Positions 1 through 12,335 of a DNA stretch of 64,000 nucleotides are shown piece after piece; position 1 is the first letter of the stretch; every line of letters begins with the position of its first letter. The DNA lies in NCBI GenBank assembly GCA_038087875.1, contig JAXLNO010000504.1:1-64000 (forward strand), read 5' to 3'. The notes under the pieces are model-generated. The model made no database searches, had not been told where the DNA came from, and was given only the letters and a program-made list of their open reading frames with translations. The DNA comes from Malacoraja senta (taxonomy: Eukaryota). The translations under genes were made by a program, and so were the position numbers.

Positions 1-1044
1 TGAAGGATGCGGTGATTCGGAGGCGCGGTTCGCCACGAAAGCTTGCAAATTACGTTAGAATACTAAGCCCATCGCCGTGCCCCGACCCAAGGCCTTCACA
101 TGATTTCATAATTTCAATGTCCGCATGCCGACCTCCAAAAACGTAGCTTCTTCACATTGCGCTGCAGATGGGCCGCCGATGATTGGTTCTGTGAATAATG
201 AATCCCCCTGAAAGTTTGCTATAAGAATAAATCTGCCATTTTGATCAGTCAATATTTTTTGCCCGATCACTTGAACCATTTCACAAAAACTGGAATCCAT
301 GTCATGCTTCCCCGCGACCCCATTTGTAATTATTCTGATGGATTCCCAGAACCGCAGCCCAGTTTCCAACTTTTATTCGGGCGATGTACCACTTACCTAT
401 TAAGCACTGACCTGAATCGCTGTTCCTTCTCCAGCCCGTCACCCACTGTCACCCACGCGGCCTCTCCACTCACTCGCCTCGCCGCTGAGTAACTCTATTG
501 ATATCACTGGTTGTTCACTCCGAATCACAGCGTAATTTCCTGCTCCCATGACGTTGTGCTGACCAGTGTATGCTGGCTTGGAATTTAATTAAGCTTCTCG
601 AGGTGTCAGTGATTCATGAAGCATAGAACAGGAACTGGCGCTTCGGCCCATAATATCCGTGTCGAACATGATGCTAGGTTAAACTAATTTCCCTTGCCTG
701 CACACGACCCATTCCCTCCATGTCCTTGTGCCTAGCTAAAGGCTTCTTAAATGCCATTATCATATTTGCTTTCACGAACACTTATAACAGCGCGCTCCAG
801 GCACCCAGCACACATTGTGTAACATAGAAAAACGTGCTCCGCACATCTCTTATCATTTATCCCTCACACCTTATAGCTGTACCTCTTTCGTCGTTGACAT
901 TTCCATCGTGCACAAAGGGTTCTGACTATAAACTCTATTTATGCCACTCATGATTTTATATACTTTATCAGATCTCCCCTCAGCCTCCAAAGCTCCACAG
1001 AAAACAATATAAATTTGTGCAACCGAGTCCATGCCGACCATCTG

Positions 1045-1063
1045 TGGTCACTAGGGGGCGCCG
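1045..1063 (+). promoter_or_regulatory. Candidate CTCF site (forward)
   Basis: tggtcactagggggcgccg closely matches the vertebrate CTCF core consensus (TGGCCACYAGGGGGCGC). Motif match only. Confidence 0.5.
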
Positions 1064-1809
1064 CATGAAGGCTGCCTCTGCCTACAATCTGTCCGTTTTT
1101 CCATCTTTTTTTAAATGTTTTAGCTTGTTTAAAAGTATGTTGAGGAAGGTTCTTTAGCTTTTCTATGTGGGGGAGGGGGCTAGGGTAAGGGGGAAACCGT
1201 CTCCCAGTCGCCTCCTGGCGAGGACGCGACTATTCTCCGAGTCGCGTCCTCGCCCTCCTCCTTGCGGTCTACCACCTGGATTGGAGCGACCTTTCCTGCC
1301 GAGGTCCGGACCAGAGCTCCAGCAGCGGCGGCGCAGCGCTGGATACATCGCGGAGCGGGCGATGCCGCACCTGGGATCGCCGTTGAAGCTCCGGAGTGCT
1401 GGGCCTGCTGCACCAACATCGCGGGGCTGTGGTTTGAAGAACTTCCAGCGCGGGCGGCGTTGACTTCAACATTGCGGTGCCCTGCGGCCCTTTGCCGAGG
1501 GCCGCCAGCGCGGGACCCGCTCGACGCGGCCTGTGGACTTCGGGAGCCGCTGACTCCGGTAGGAAGTGGCCGATTCGGAGGTCCAAGCCGCTGAGATTGT
1601 TCTCCCGTTCCGACGTCGGAGTTCTATCATGCCGGCGAGAGGGCCTGAGCATCGGGCCACACGTAGCGGCGACTGCGGAAGGCTGGAAGGCCCCGACCAC
1701 GGGTGTACATCAAAGAACATCAAAGAGGATGTTGACTGAACTTTGGGCCTTCCCTCACAGTGGGAAAATTTGATTCCGCTGTGCAGGTGTGTTTTGTTCT
1801 TTATTGTGT

Positions 1810-2385
1810 ACAGTTTTGTGGAGTATTGTGTACAGTTTTGGTCTCCTAATTTGAGGAAGGACATCCTTGTGATTGAGGCAGTGCAGCGTAGGTTCACGAG
1901 ATTGATCCCTGGGATAGCGGGACTGTCATATGAGGAAAGATTGAAAAGACTAGGCTTGTAATCACTGGAGTTTAGAAGGATGAGGGGTGGTCTTATAGAA
2001 ACATATAAAATTATAAAAGGACCGGACAAACAGATGCAGGAAAAATGTTCCCAATGTTGGGCGAGTCCAGAACCAGGGGCCACAGTCTTAGAATAAAGGG
2101 GAGGTCATTTAAGACTGAGGTGAGAAAAAACTTTTTCACCCAGAGAGTTGTGAATTTATGGAATTCCCTGCCACAGAGGGCAGTGGAGGCCAAATCACTG
2201 GATGGGTTTAAGAGAGAGTTAGATAGAGCTCTAGGGGCTGGTGGAGTCAAGGAATATGGGGAGAAGGCAGGCACGGGTTATTGATTGGGGATGATCAGCC
2301 ATGATCACAATGAATGGCGGTGCTGGCTCGAAGGGCCAAATGGCCTCCTCCTGCATCTATTTTCTATGTTTCTATGTTTCTATGT
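1810..2385 (+). mobile_element. CR1/HER1-type LINE 3' fragment
   Basis: Encodes ORF2 C-terminal remnants (EYCVQFWSP..VQRRFTRLIPG; TRGHSLRI..FFTQRVVNLWN) and ends in a (tttctatg)n tail. Confidence 0.9.
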
Positions 2386-2496
2386 TTATTTTCGTATGGC
2401 CATATGGTGACCCCAAATTTCACTGTACCAATTGGTGTATGTGACAATAAATGTCTCTTGAATCTCTTCAATCTCTTGTTTACTCCAGTTGCATGT

Positions 2497-2964
2497 TTAG
2501 ACTTTACTTTAGACTTTACAAAAACAATGAAGAAACAGGCCCTTGGGAGCCAACCAGCGATCGCCCCGTGTACCAGCACAATCCTCCACTCTAGCGACAT
2601 TTTACAATTTAGCCGAAGCCAGTTCACCAGCGAACCTATGCGACTTTAGAATGCGGGAGGAAGCCGGACCGCCCGGAGAAAAACCACGCGATCACAAGGA
2701 GAACCTACAAACACCAAACAGATAACAAACCCGGGTCCCAGGCGCTGCAAGGCAGAAAATCTACCGCTGCGCCACATGTTATCCCACTCTCTCATCCACT
2801 CCCCACACAATTCGGGTAATTTACAGAGGTCAATTAACCATTGCACGTCTTATGGGTGGGGAGGAAACCGGGGCACCCGGGGGAAACCCACCCGGTTAGA
2901 GGGGAAACGTGCAAAGACGGCACACAGACCACTGTGAGGCAGCAGCTCTACGGGCTGCGCCGTG
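2497..2964 (-). mobile_element. Two adjacent V-domain (HE1-like) tRNA-derived SINE copies
   Basis: The mirror copy at 42512-42980 reads gtggcgcagcggtaga (A-box-like head), then the V core gggtttcccccgggtgccccggtttcctccc, then a CR1-like tail with (gtctaaa)n. Confidence 0.75.
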
Positions 2965-3184
2965 AAACATGTCACTGATTGAAATTCCGCCCACCAGCGG
3001 CACCTTATGGGTGAAACATCGGACATCAGCAGTTGAATGGGGAACCGCACACAACCGAGCGGCCTGTGGGCTGCGCTCACTGGACGATAGTATGATGAAC
3101 AGAGTATCTCACTGGGCCCCTCACATGCCCCCTGAACTCGGACTGAGCCACAGCGTATATTTCAAAAGCAAAGTGTTAGAGTAA

Positions 3185-3681
3185 AGGGCCTGTCCCACAG
3201 GCAGGCGATTCCAGGCGGTAAGCGCAGCGTAGCAGGAAGTGGGGACCGCGCGGAGGCCGCTGGGTCGGTCCCACGCAGATCGCCGGAGCCGAATGTAGTT
3301 GGTCCCGACAGCACGCGGGGCTTAGTAAAACTGACACTGTCCAAAAATCACGTGCGGCAACGGCCTGCCGCCCCGCTGCCGCCTTGACGCCGCGAGCACC
3401 GCCTGGACGCCGCGCACCGTCTCGACGGAGTAGGCTAGCGCGTTGCGTTGCGCGATGACATCGTCTCCCGACGCCGCGCTCGCCGCATGCATTCGCATGC
3501 TCGAGGGACAGGCCGTACGGTAAACACGGCCTCCGCGCGGCAACCGCTTCCGGTTGGGTGGCGCTTGCCGCATGCTCGTGGGACAGGCCGTACGGTGGCA
3601 CCCGCGCGGCAGCCGCGCGGTCCCCACTTCCTGCTACGCCATGCTTACCGCCTGCAATCGCCTGCCCATGGGACAGCCCCT
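3185..3681. mobile_element. PIF/Harbinger-type MITE inserted in a Penelope terminal repeat
   Basis: ~75-bp TIRs (agggcctgtcccacaggcaggcgattccaggcggtaagc... / ...gcttaccgcctgcaatcgcctgcccatgggacagcccct) with a TAA TSD at 3182-3184 and 3682-3684. No transposase. Confidence 0.85.
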
Positions 3682-4180
3682 TAACTCAGCGGGGCAGGTA
3701 GCAACCCTGGGAAACGCGGGTGACGTTTCCGTGGGGACCCTTCTACAGACTGATTGAAGAGGGGTGGGGGTGGGGGGGAGAAAGCTGCAAGAGAGGAGGG
3801 CCAGGGAGAAAGCCTGGCAAGTAATATGTGAACATAGGAGGGCGGAAGGGGAAGTGGGAAGGGGAGCGGGAGGGGGAGGAGCGGAGTGCGGAGGGGAGGG
3901 GGGAATGGGGGGGAAGGATGGGGAGCTGGATGGGGAGGGGAGAGGCGAAGGGTGAGGGGCGGGGTGAAGGGGGTAGGGGGAGGGGTGGGTTCATCGGCAG
4001 CTCGTTAGACAACGGCTTTTTTATAAACAAGCTGTAAGTTAAAGGATTGAAGAGTTGTAAATTGGGACGCGAGAGAATGGCATGTAGGTGGAGGGGGGAG
4101 GGGAGAGGAGAAATAGGTGCGAGCCCAGGTGGGGCACAGAGGAGGGTGGGGGTAGAAGGGAGAGGGGAGAAGAGGTTGTC

Positions 4181-4365
4181 ATAGAAACATCAAAACATAG
4201 AAACATAGAAAATAGGTGCAGGAGGAGGCCATTCGGCCCTTCGAGCCAGCACCGCCATTCATTGTGATCATGGCTGATCGTCCCCAATCAATAACCCGTA
4301 CCGGCCTTCTCCCATATCCCTTGATTCCACTAGCGCCTAGAGCTCTATCTAACTCTCTTAAATCC
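4181..4365 (-). mobile_element. CR1 3' fragment
   Basis: (catagaaa)n tail, then the CR1 3' UTR (aggccattcggcccttcgagccagcaccgccattc). Confidence 0.85.
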
Positions 4366-4369
4366 ATTC

Positions 4370-5830
4370 CGTCAGTTACGTTAAATTGGCGAATTCACTG
4401 TTCTCACTCTGGATTGTAAGCTACGCACGTGGAATATGAGGCGCTGTACCTACGGTTTGCTGCAATCTGGTAATGGAAGAGGCCCAGGACAGAAAAGTCA
4501 GTATGTGAATGGGACGGGGACTTAAAATAGTTAGCAACCGGGAGATCCAGTATAGTTGGAGGAACGAGCGCACGTGTACGGCGAAACGGTCGCCGAGTCT
4601 ACGCTAGGTCTCGCCGATGTACATGAGACCACATCGGGAACACTGGATGCAGTAGATAGAAATATAGAAACATAGAAAATAGGTGTAGAAATAGGCCATT
4701 CGGCCCTCGAGCCAGCACCGCCATTCAATAAGATCTTGGCTGATCATTCAAAATCGGTACCCTCGTTCCTGCTTTCTCCCCATATCCCTTGATTCCTTTA
4801 ACCCTCAGTGCTATATCTAACTCTTTCTTGAAAACAAACCGTGAATTTGTCTCCACTGCCTTCTGTGACAGATAATTCCATAGAGATGACGTTAGAGGAG
4901 GTGCACGTCATCCTCTGTCACACCTGGATGGGATGTCGGGGTCCCTAGGATCGAGAGAGGAGATACAGGGACATGTGTTGCATCTCGTGCGGTTGCTGGG
5001 AAAGGTACCTGGGGAGGGGTGGTTTGGGTGGGAAAGGATGAGTGAACCAAGGAGTTACGGAGGGAGCCGTCTCTGTGGAAGTTGGAAAAGGGTGGAGATG
5101 GAAAGATTCTGGAATCACGTTGGAGGTGACGACAATGTGGGAGGATGATGTGTTGGATGCGAAGGCATCGGTGAAAGGTGAGGGCCACGGCCATCCGTGT
5201 TATCTCTGGGAGGTGGGTGGGGAGGAGGGGGCAGAGAAGGGAGAGTGCGAACAGAACTACGTGGCCCACAAAAGACGCGGGTGAGTGATCTATCTGTGAC
5301 AGTAACCACGTTTACGAAATAAAGTGGACCTCGATTGTTCTAGAATGGAATGCCTCATCTTGGGAGCATAAACGGTGGAGACGGAGTAATTGAGAGTAGG
5401 GGATAACGTCTTTGCAAGAAGCCGGGTGGGAGGAGGTGTAGTCCAGATAACTGGGTGTCGGTGGGTTTGTAGTAGACGTCAGTCGATAGTCTCTCCTGTA
5501 ATGGAGGCAAAGGGGTCGATAAAGACAGAGAAGTGTCAGAGATAGTCCTTCAATTTGAGCGCTGGATGGAAGTTAGTGGTGGTTAATAAAGTGCATGAGT
5601 TCTGCACGGGTTCATGAGGCAGATTCAATGCAGTCGTCGATGTACTTCGGGGGATGGTGGCAGTGGTGTCTGCAACATAGACTGCTGGGTGTAACGCACA
5701 AAAATGCAGGAATACCTGGGCCCACGCAAGTGCCCACGGCTACATCTTTCACTTGGACAAAAATGAAAGGAGTCAAAAGAGAAATTCGTGTGGGTCAGAA
5801 CAATTTCTACCAGGCAGAGAAGAGTGATAC
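4370..5830 (-). mobile_element. Degraded Penelope-like element, interrupted by a CR1 3' fragment (~4655-4885)
   Basis: Minus-strand translations IQHIIL..HLQRD..RDGSLRNSLV and GIY-YIG-region remnants match the Penelope copies at 55043-55800 and 62327-63245. Confidence 0.75.
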
Positions 5831-5868
5831 TGAAAACAAATGTTTGCGTTTCTGTTCGAGTGTATAAT

Positions 5869-6031
<163 letters not shown>

Positions 6032-6324
6032 AAAGGTGTTTATGCAGAGTCTGAAAATTCTCTCCACCGTCGTGAAGGATGGGTTAATTCACATTCCAGC
6101 CTGTGTCTGTCCTTGTGATGCGATTTAACAAAAGGAATCACACAACAGCCTCAGCCGTGGGGTTATGAAGCTGCCGGAAAGGGTGGAGAATTGAAAGAAA
6201 AACCTCCTGCTCCGGAAAGTGCCAACATAACTGTATCAAGCCACGTCGTGAGATTACGTGTTTTACTCAAAATTCCAGCAATTGCAGTTCCTTGTGACCC
6301 CCTTCTGCTAGTGCTGTTGGGAAG

Positions 6325-7505
6325 CGTTTAAACTAACATGGCAGGGGGGTGGGAACCAATGCAGGGAATTTAGGGCCGTAAAATAAGGACAGAATCAAAA
6401 GTTAGAAGGGAGAAAAGTAAAAGTGGAAGGCAGAGAGATCAATGGCATGAATCAAAAAGGGCCACTTTACATCATGTTTCTGTAAGGGCTAAGAATGTTA
6501 AAACAAACCTCAAAGCTTTGTGCCTTAATGCGAGGGGCATTCGTAACATGGTGGATGAATTGAATGCGCAGTTAGTTGTTAAAGGATATGATATAGTTGG
6601 GATTACGGAGACGTGGCTCCAGTGTGACCAAGGCTGGGAGCTCAACATGCAGGATTATTAAATTTTCAGGAAGGATAGACGGAATGGAAGAGGAGGTGAG
6701 GTGGCATTGCTGGTTAACGAGTAAATTAATGCAATAGTAAGGAGTAACATTAGCTTGGATATTGTATAATCTGTGTGGGTAGAACTGTGAAATAGCCAAG
6801 GGCAGAAAACATTTGTTGGAGTTGTGTACAGACTACCAAACAGCAGTACTGAGTTTGGGGGTAACATCAAACATGAAATTAGGGATGTATGTAGCAAAGG
6901 TGCAGCGGTTATCATGGGTGACTTCAATCTGCATATAGATTGAGATAACAAAATAGGTAAGAACACTGAGGAAGAGGGTTACCTGGAGAGTATAAGGGAT
7001 GGTTTTCTAAACCAATATTTAGAGAAACCAACTGGGGGCAGCCCCGCGAAGACTGGATATTGTGGAACGAAGAAGCATTAGTTCGCAACCTTGTTGTGCA
7101 AAGCCTCTTGGGAAACACTGACGATAATATGGTAGCATTCTGCACTAAGATGGAGAGGGACACAGTTAATTCAGAGACAAGGGTCCTAAACTTAAAGAAT
7201 TGTAACTTTGATGGTATGAGATGGGAATTGGCTAGGATAGATTGGCAACTGATATGTAAACGGTTGACGGTGGATATGCAATGGCAAAGATTTAAAGATC
7301 GCATGGATGAATTACAACAATTGTTCATCCCAGTCTGGTATAAAAATATAACAGGCACGGCAGCTCAACCGTGGCTAACGAGGGAGATTGGGAATAATGT
7401 TAATCCAAGGAAGAGCCATATAACTTGGCCAGAGGAAGCACCAAACCGGAGGATTGGGAAAATGTCGAATTCAACAATGGAGGACTAAGGGGTTAATTAA
7501 GAGGG
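6325..7505 (+). mobile_element. CR1 ORF2 5' (APE endonuclease) fragment, disrupted
   Basis: Remnants such as GITETWL, GVVYRLP and IMGDFN, with stops. Same layout as the CR1 start at 37150. Confidence 0.8.
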
Positions 7506-7509
7506 GGGG

Positions 7510-8290
7510 ATAGAAACATAGAAACATAGAAAATGGGTGCAGGAGTAGGCCATTCGGCCCTTCGAGCCTGCACCGCCATTCAATATGATCATGGCTGATC
7601 ATCCAACTCAGTATCCTGTACCTGCCTTCTCTCCATACCCCCTGATCCCTTTAGCCACAAGGGCCGCATCTAACTCCTTCTTAAATATAATCAATGAACT
7701 GGCCTCAACTACCTTCTGTGGCAGAAAATTCCAGAGATTCACCACTCTCTGTGTGAAAAATGTTTTTCTCATCTCGTTCCTAAAAGATTTCCCCCTTATC
7801 CTTAAACTGTGACCCCTTGTCCTGGACCTCCCCAACATCGGGAACAATCTTGCTGCATCTAGCCTGTCCAACCCCTTAAGAATTTTGTAAGTTTCTATAA
7901 GATCCCCCCTCAATCTTCTAAATTCTAGCGAGTACAAGCCGAGTCTATCCAGCCTTTCTTCATAGCTATATTTAAGAGGGAGTTAGATGTGGCCCTTGTG
8001 GATAAAGGGATCAGGGGGTATGGAGAGAAGGCAGGTACGGGATACTGAGTTGGATGATCAGCCATGATCATATGTAATGGCGGTGCAGGCTCGAAGGGCC
8101 GAATGGCCTACTCCTGCACCTATTTTCTATGTATCTATGTATCTATGAAAGTCCTGACATCCCAGGAATCAGTCTGGTGAACCTTCTCTGTACTCCGTCT
8201 ATAGCAAGAATGTCTTTCCTCAGATTTGGAGACCAAAACTGTACGCAATACTCCAGGTGTGGGATCACCAAGACCCTGTACAACTACAGT
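7510..8290 (-). mobile_element. CR1 3' fragment with a nested opposite-strand CR1 3' end (~7965-8147)
   Basis: ORF 7608-7937 (YSLEFRRLRGDLIETYKI...). The minus-strand copy resumes at 8145 (tgaaagtcctgacatccc). Confidence 0.85.
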
Positions 8291-8825
8291 CTCCGTCTAC
8301 CCCACCACAGACGGGGGAGGAGTTAATCAGTTTGATTGGCACAGGGAAGAAAGATCTCCTGTGGCGTGGTGTGCTGCATCTTCGTGGAACCAGTCTGTTG
8401 CTGAAGGTGCTCCTCAGTTTACCAGTGTGTCATGGAAGGGGTGGGCTGTATTGCCCAGGATGCTCCGCAGTTTGAGGAGCATCCTCCCCTCCAAGACCAC
8501 CTCCCATAAATCCAACTCCGCCCCCAGGACAGACCCAGCCTTCCTGATTTGTTAATTCTCTTGGCGTCTGCGGCCTTTGCCCTGCTGCCCCAGCACACGG
8601 CGGCGAAGAAGATGACACTGGCTACCACCGATTGGGAGAACATCTGCAGCATCGTCCTAAAGATGTTGAACGAGCGGAGCCTTCTGAAAAAGTACAGCTG
8701 GCTCTTTCCCCTCCTGTACACGGCCTCGGCTTTCCTGGACGAGTCCTGTTTACTGGCCAGGTACACTCCAAGGAATGTGTACTCCCTAATAAACTGCACA
8801 TCCACACCATTGATGTAGACTGGGA
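8290..8825 (-). mobile_element. Rex1/Babar-type LINE 3' fragment
   Basis: ORF 8419-8928: YTFLGVYL..KSQLYFFRRLRSFN..LQMF.QSVVASVIFFAAVCWG, a typical Rex1 RT C-terminal region. Confidence 0.75.
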
Positions 8826-9489
8826 AATGTGAACGCATCTGCTGCTGAGCAGTTATTGCGGTAGACCATCGAAGCCAATAATTTCGCGCCATAACGAATC
8901 TATCCAAACATTTTATTGCCGTGTACATTGTGCTATCCGATGGTAGTCATTGAAACAGCATTACCGTTCTCGTCTTGACCAACGGTATGAAAGATGTCAT
9001 CATTAAACCACTGGGAACTATGGACCGCAGAAGCAAATGGGAACCTCCGCCTGCAGTAGTGGGTGCATTAGCATGTTCCTGAATATTACAACAGCCTGCT
9101 GATCCGCACAACTCATTAAAACCCGCTCAGGTACGCCGCAAAACCCGCTCAGGTGAGCCGTCTGGACCGCACACTCAGGTCACGGGGTCTTCGGCGTTGT
9201 GGGAGCTCCAGTACATTGATCATTATTCTCCCTTCCAAAGCATGCACAATCACATTTAAACTGGCCCGGAAGTGGTGCGTCGTTGCCAATTATATTTAAT
9301 TTACTTTAATTTAGAGACAAAGCATAGAAATAAGCCTGACGGCCAACCGGGCCCACGCCGACCGCCGATCATACGTTCATACTAGGACTATTTTATCCCA
9401 CGTTTTCTCCTACTTCCTACTGACGAGGGACAATTCACAGAGACGAATTAACCAACAAAATCATACGTCCTTGGGATGTGGAAGGAAGA

Positions 9490-9803
9490 CAATCTTGCTA
9501 TTGAGGGAGTGCACCGTAGGTTCACGAGATAAAACCATTTAGAACGGAGATGAGGAGAAACGTTTTCACACACAGAGTTGCGAGTCTGTGGAATTCTCTA
9601 CCTAGCGGGGCAGTGGAGGCTGGTTCTCTGGATGGTTTCAAGAGAGTGTTAGATAGAGCTCTTAGAGATAGCGGAGTTAAGGAATATGGAGAGAAGGCAG
9701 GGACGTGGTACTGATTGTGGATGAACAGCCATGATCACATTGAAAGGCGGTGCTGGCTCGAAGGGCCGAATGGCTTCCTCCTGCACCTATTGTCTATTGT
9801 CTA
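9490..9803 (+). mobile_element. CR1 3' fragment (internally deleted)
   Basis: CR1 3' UTR with a (ctattgt)n tail. Confidence 0.8.
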
Positions 9804-10170
9804 TAAACCGGTTCACCGGATCTGATAGTATATAAATGATGAAACAAATATATGCAGAATAAAGTTTTTCGCTTGGTCGAAGTATTAATGACAATAATGC
9901 ATAATTTAAATTAAGAAGGGCAATAGTTAAAACAAATGCCAGGCAGGTGTCTTTACAAAATTTGGTGGTGTCCACAACGCCCTTCCTGGAGGTGGCTGTA
10001 ACGGTAGATAGGACACCAGAATTTAAGAGACTTTTACAATGGCACATGGAAATACAGGAATGGAAGGACAGGTATCCTGTGTTGGCGATCAGTTTACCAT
10101 GGTATCATGCTCGTAACCGACAAGCTGGGAATAAGAGTCTGTAACCATGCTGTACTGTTTTATTTTCTTC

Positions 10171-10460
10171 GTAGTGGCACAGGTAGTTGAACTATCGCCT
10201 CACATGTCTACCGACTCCCACCGCGTTCTGCCTGTGTCAAGTCTGCATGTTCTCCGTGTGACCCGTGGGCATCCTCCTATACTCCGGTTTCCAAAGTGAA
10301 CTGGTTCTACGCTGTAAGTTGTCCCCTGTGCAGAGAGAAACAATACGATCCGATTAACGCGGTAGATGGAACATTGGATGGATGAATGGGAGAACTTAAT
10401 GGAAGTGGGTAGGATTAGCGGTACGTGGTAATGGTCGGCCAGAGCAGCTTGTTTTGTCGT
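10171..10460 (+). mobile_element. Degraded V-domain SINE
   Basis: gtggcacaggtagttgaact head and tgcatgttctccgtgtgacccgtggg..ctccggtttcc V core. Confidence 0.6.
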
Positions 10461-10517
10461 CATCTGCGGTGGATCTGCTCACTGCTGCGTTTCAGATATC
10501 CAGTGAATTCTGGTTGT

Positions 10518-11428
10518 TCAGTCGTGTTGTTTGTCAATCAATTGCATAATTGAGGTGAACATGTACTTCGCTGCGTCCTTGAGCTGCTCTCTGAACTTAG
10601 ATTGAGTCACTCCATAAATGACCGTGTTGGTGCAACAACTTAACGCGACCAGAATGTCTCCGCTTTGTGAAAATATGTATTCGGAATCGTTGTAATTCAG
10701 GGGATCTACGCCGCCAATTGTATAATAAAGGAACTCGACAACATACAGTAACCACAGAATAACGAAGCTGCCGGATATGGTGAAGAGTAACACCACGGAC
10801 CTCCGCCTACTCTCCATCTCAGGGTCACTGCAGTGTTCCCTCGTGCTCTGACCCCTTAGCCCTTTACGGACCCGATTGGCCATTAAAATATGCCTGACTG
10901 TCAGAGAGTTGAGCAACAATATTAACATGAACGGAAGCAATGGAGTTGTAACGGTATTCAACCAAGCATATGCTACCCACTCAGGGGCAGTGAAATAACT
11001 GGGCTTCGCAACACAGTCCCATGGTACATCATCAATCACCGTGCCTGGTTCATATGCAAAGTAGAGGGGGACATTTCTCAAACAAAGCAAAAGGCCTGCT
11101 GTTGTCAGAACCGCCGCTGCATTTTTCCTGGTGCAATATTTAGGTTTCAGCTTCTGACGACAAATGGCGACATATCGATCAAAGGTGAAAGTGACAGTGA
11201 ACCAGACAGAGCAGTCTCTGGCTGCGTACCCCATTGCAGAGATCAAACTGCACAGAGGGGTGATATCCAGGAAAGTTCCGGGAAAATAATAATAACTTAT
11301 TCTCCACAGGATAACGCCACTGACGATGAACAGTAGATCCACCGTTGCCATGGCCACCAGGTAGCGAGTGGTGCAGATGGAAAGGCCGCACTTCCCCTTG
11401 GACAGGATCACAATCGCGACGAAATTCA
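10518..11428 (-). CDS. Class A GPCR (GPR139/GPR142-like orphan receptor), gene 1, exon 2
   Basis: Open frame with hydrophobic helices, TM2 MATVDLL, TM3 FDRY, disulfide cysteines, TM5 P, TM6 W and TM7 NTVIY. Acceptor ttgtttgtacAG at 11430-11429, phase 1. Confidence 0.92.
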
Positions 11429-11544
11429 CTGTACAAACAAAGCAAAGATACTCTACAAATACTGATAACCACTTGGGTCTCAGAACACATAATTCAGGCT
11501 GACATTGACAACAATCATACTTCGGTGTGGTTTATTTAAGGACC

Positions 11545-11904
<360 letters not shown>

Positions 11905-12154
11905 GCAGCAGGAGGCTATTCGGCCCTTCGAACAGCACCGCCATTCATTGTGATCATGGCTGATCGTCCCCAATCAATAACCCGTGCCTGCCTTCCCCCA
12001 TATCCCTTGATTCCACTAGCCCCTAGAGCTCTATCTAACTCTCTCTGAAATCCATCCAGTGACTTGGCCTCCACTGCCCTCTGTGGCACGGAATTCCACA
12101 AATTCACAACTCTCTGGGTGAAAAAGTTTTTTCTCACCTCAGTCTCAAATGGCC
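11905..12154 (-). mobile_element. CR1 3' fragment in GPCR gene 1 intron
   Basis: RKNFFTQRVVNLWNS...ELDRAL remnant plus 3' UTR. Confidence 0.88.
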
Positions 12155-12335
12155 GTAAAGATTATTTTTCCACCTACAACACCAAATTCGAAACAGAAGG
12201 GAGTGTCATCGGGAGTGGAGCTAGGAAGTTGATATTCAAATGACAGCGGGGGCTATCCTACAATTTATAAAACATGAGATTCTGGCATTGGGCATTTCCC
12301 TTCCAGTTAAGATAGACACAAAATGCCGGAGTTAA

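Larger units (their letters stand above)
1045..2478 (+). mobile_element. GC-rich non-autonomous retroposon (unclassified SINE-like family), split by a CR1 insertion
   Basis: Collinear with 60843-61550 (accagagctccagcagcgg; cgacgtcggagtt; cgtagcggcgactgcgga; gccttcc..cacagtg). The 3' part resumes after the CR1 insert at ~2385 with caataaatgt and an (aatctcttg)n tail. Confidence 0.75.
1..5031. repeat. Left arm of a large inverted segmental duplication (may extend beyond the window start)
   Basis: Position 1 (tgaaggatgcggtga) is the reverse complement of 46261-46275. Collinear inverted similarity runs to ~5031 (ggggaggggtggtttgggtgg) vs 40119. The ORF track shows mirrored ORF pairs, e.g. 106-369(-)/45907-46170(+) and 2969-3184(+)/42292-42507(-). 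Confidence 0.97.

Noticed and set aside
106..369. 87-aa ORF nearly identical to 45907-46170
   Set aside because: The identity is explained by the inverted duplication. It has a TTG start and no recognisable domain.
1163..1773. Overlapping Arg/Pro/Ala-rich ORFs (also 3176-3757, 43989-44591 and 60961-61444)
   Set aside because: They are stop-poor frames caused by high GC in non-coding elements, and the frames are not conserved between copies.
9117..9180. Repeated aaaacccgctcaggt motif
   Set aside because: Only two good copies and one partial, consistent with local slippage.
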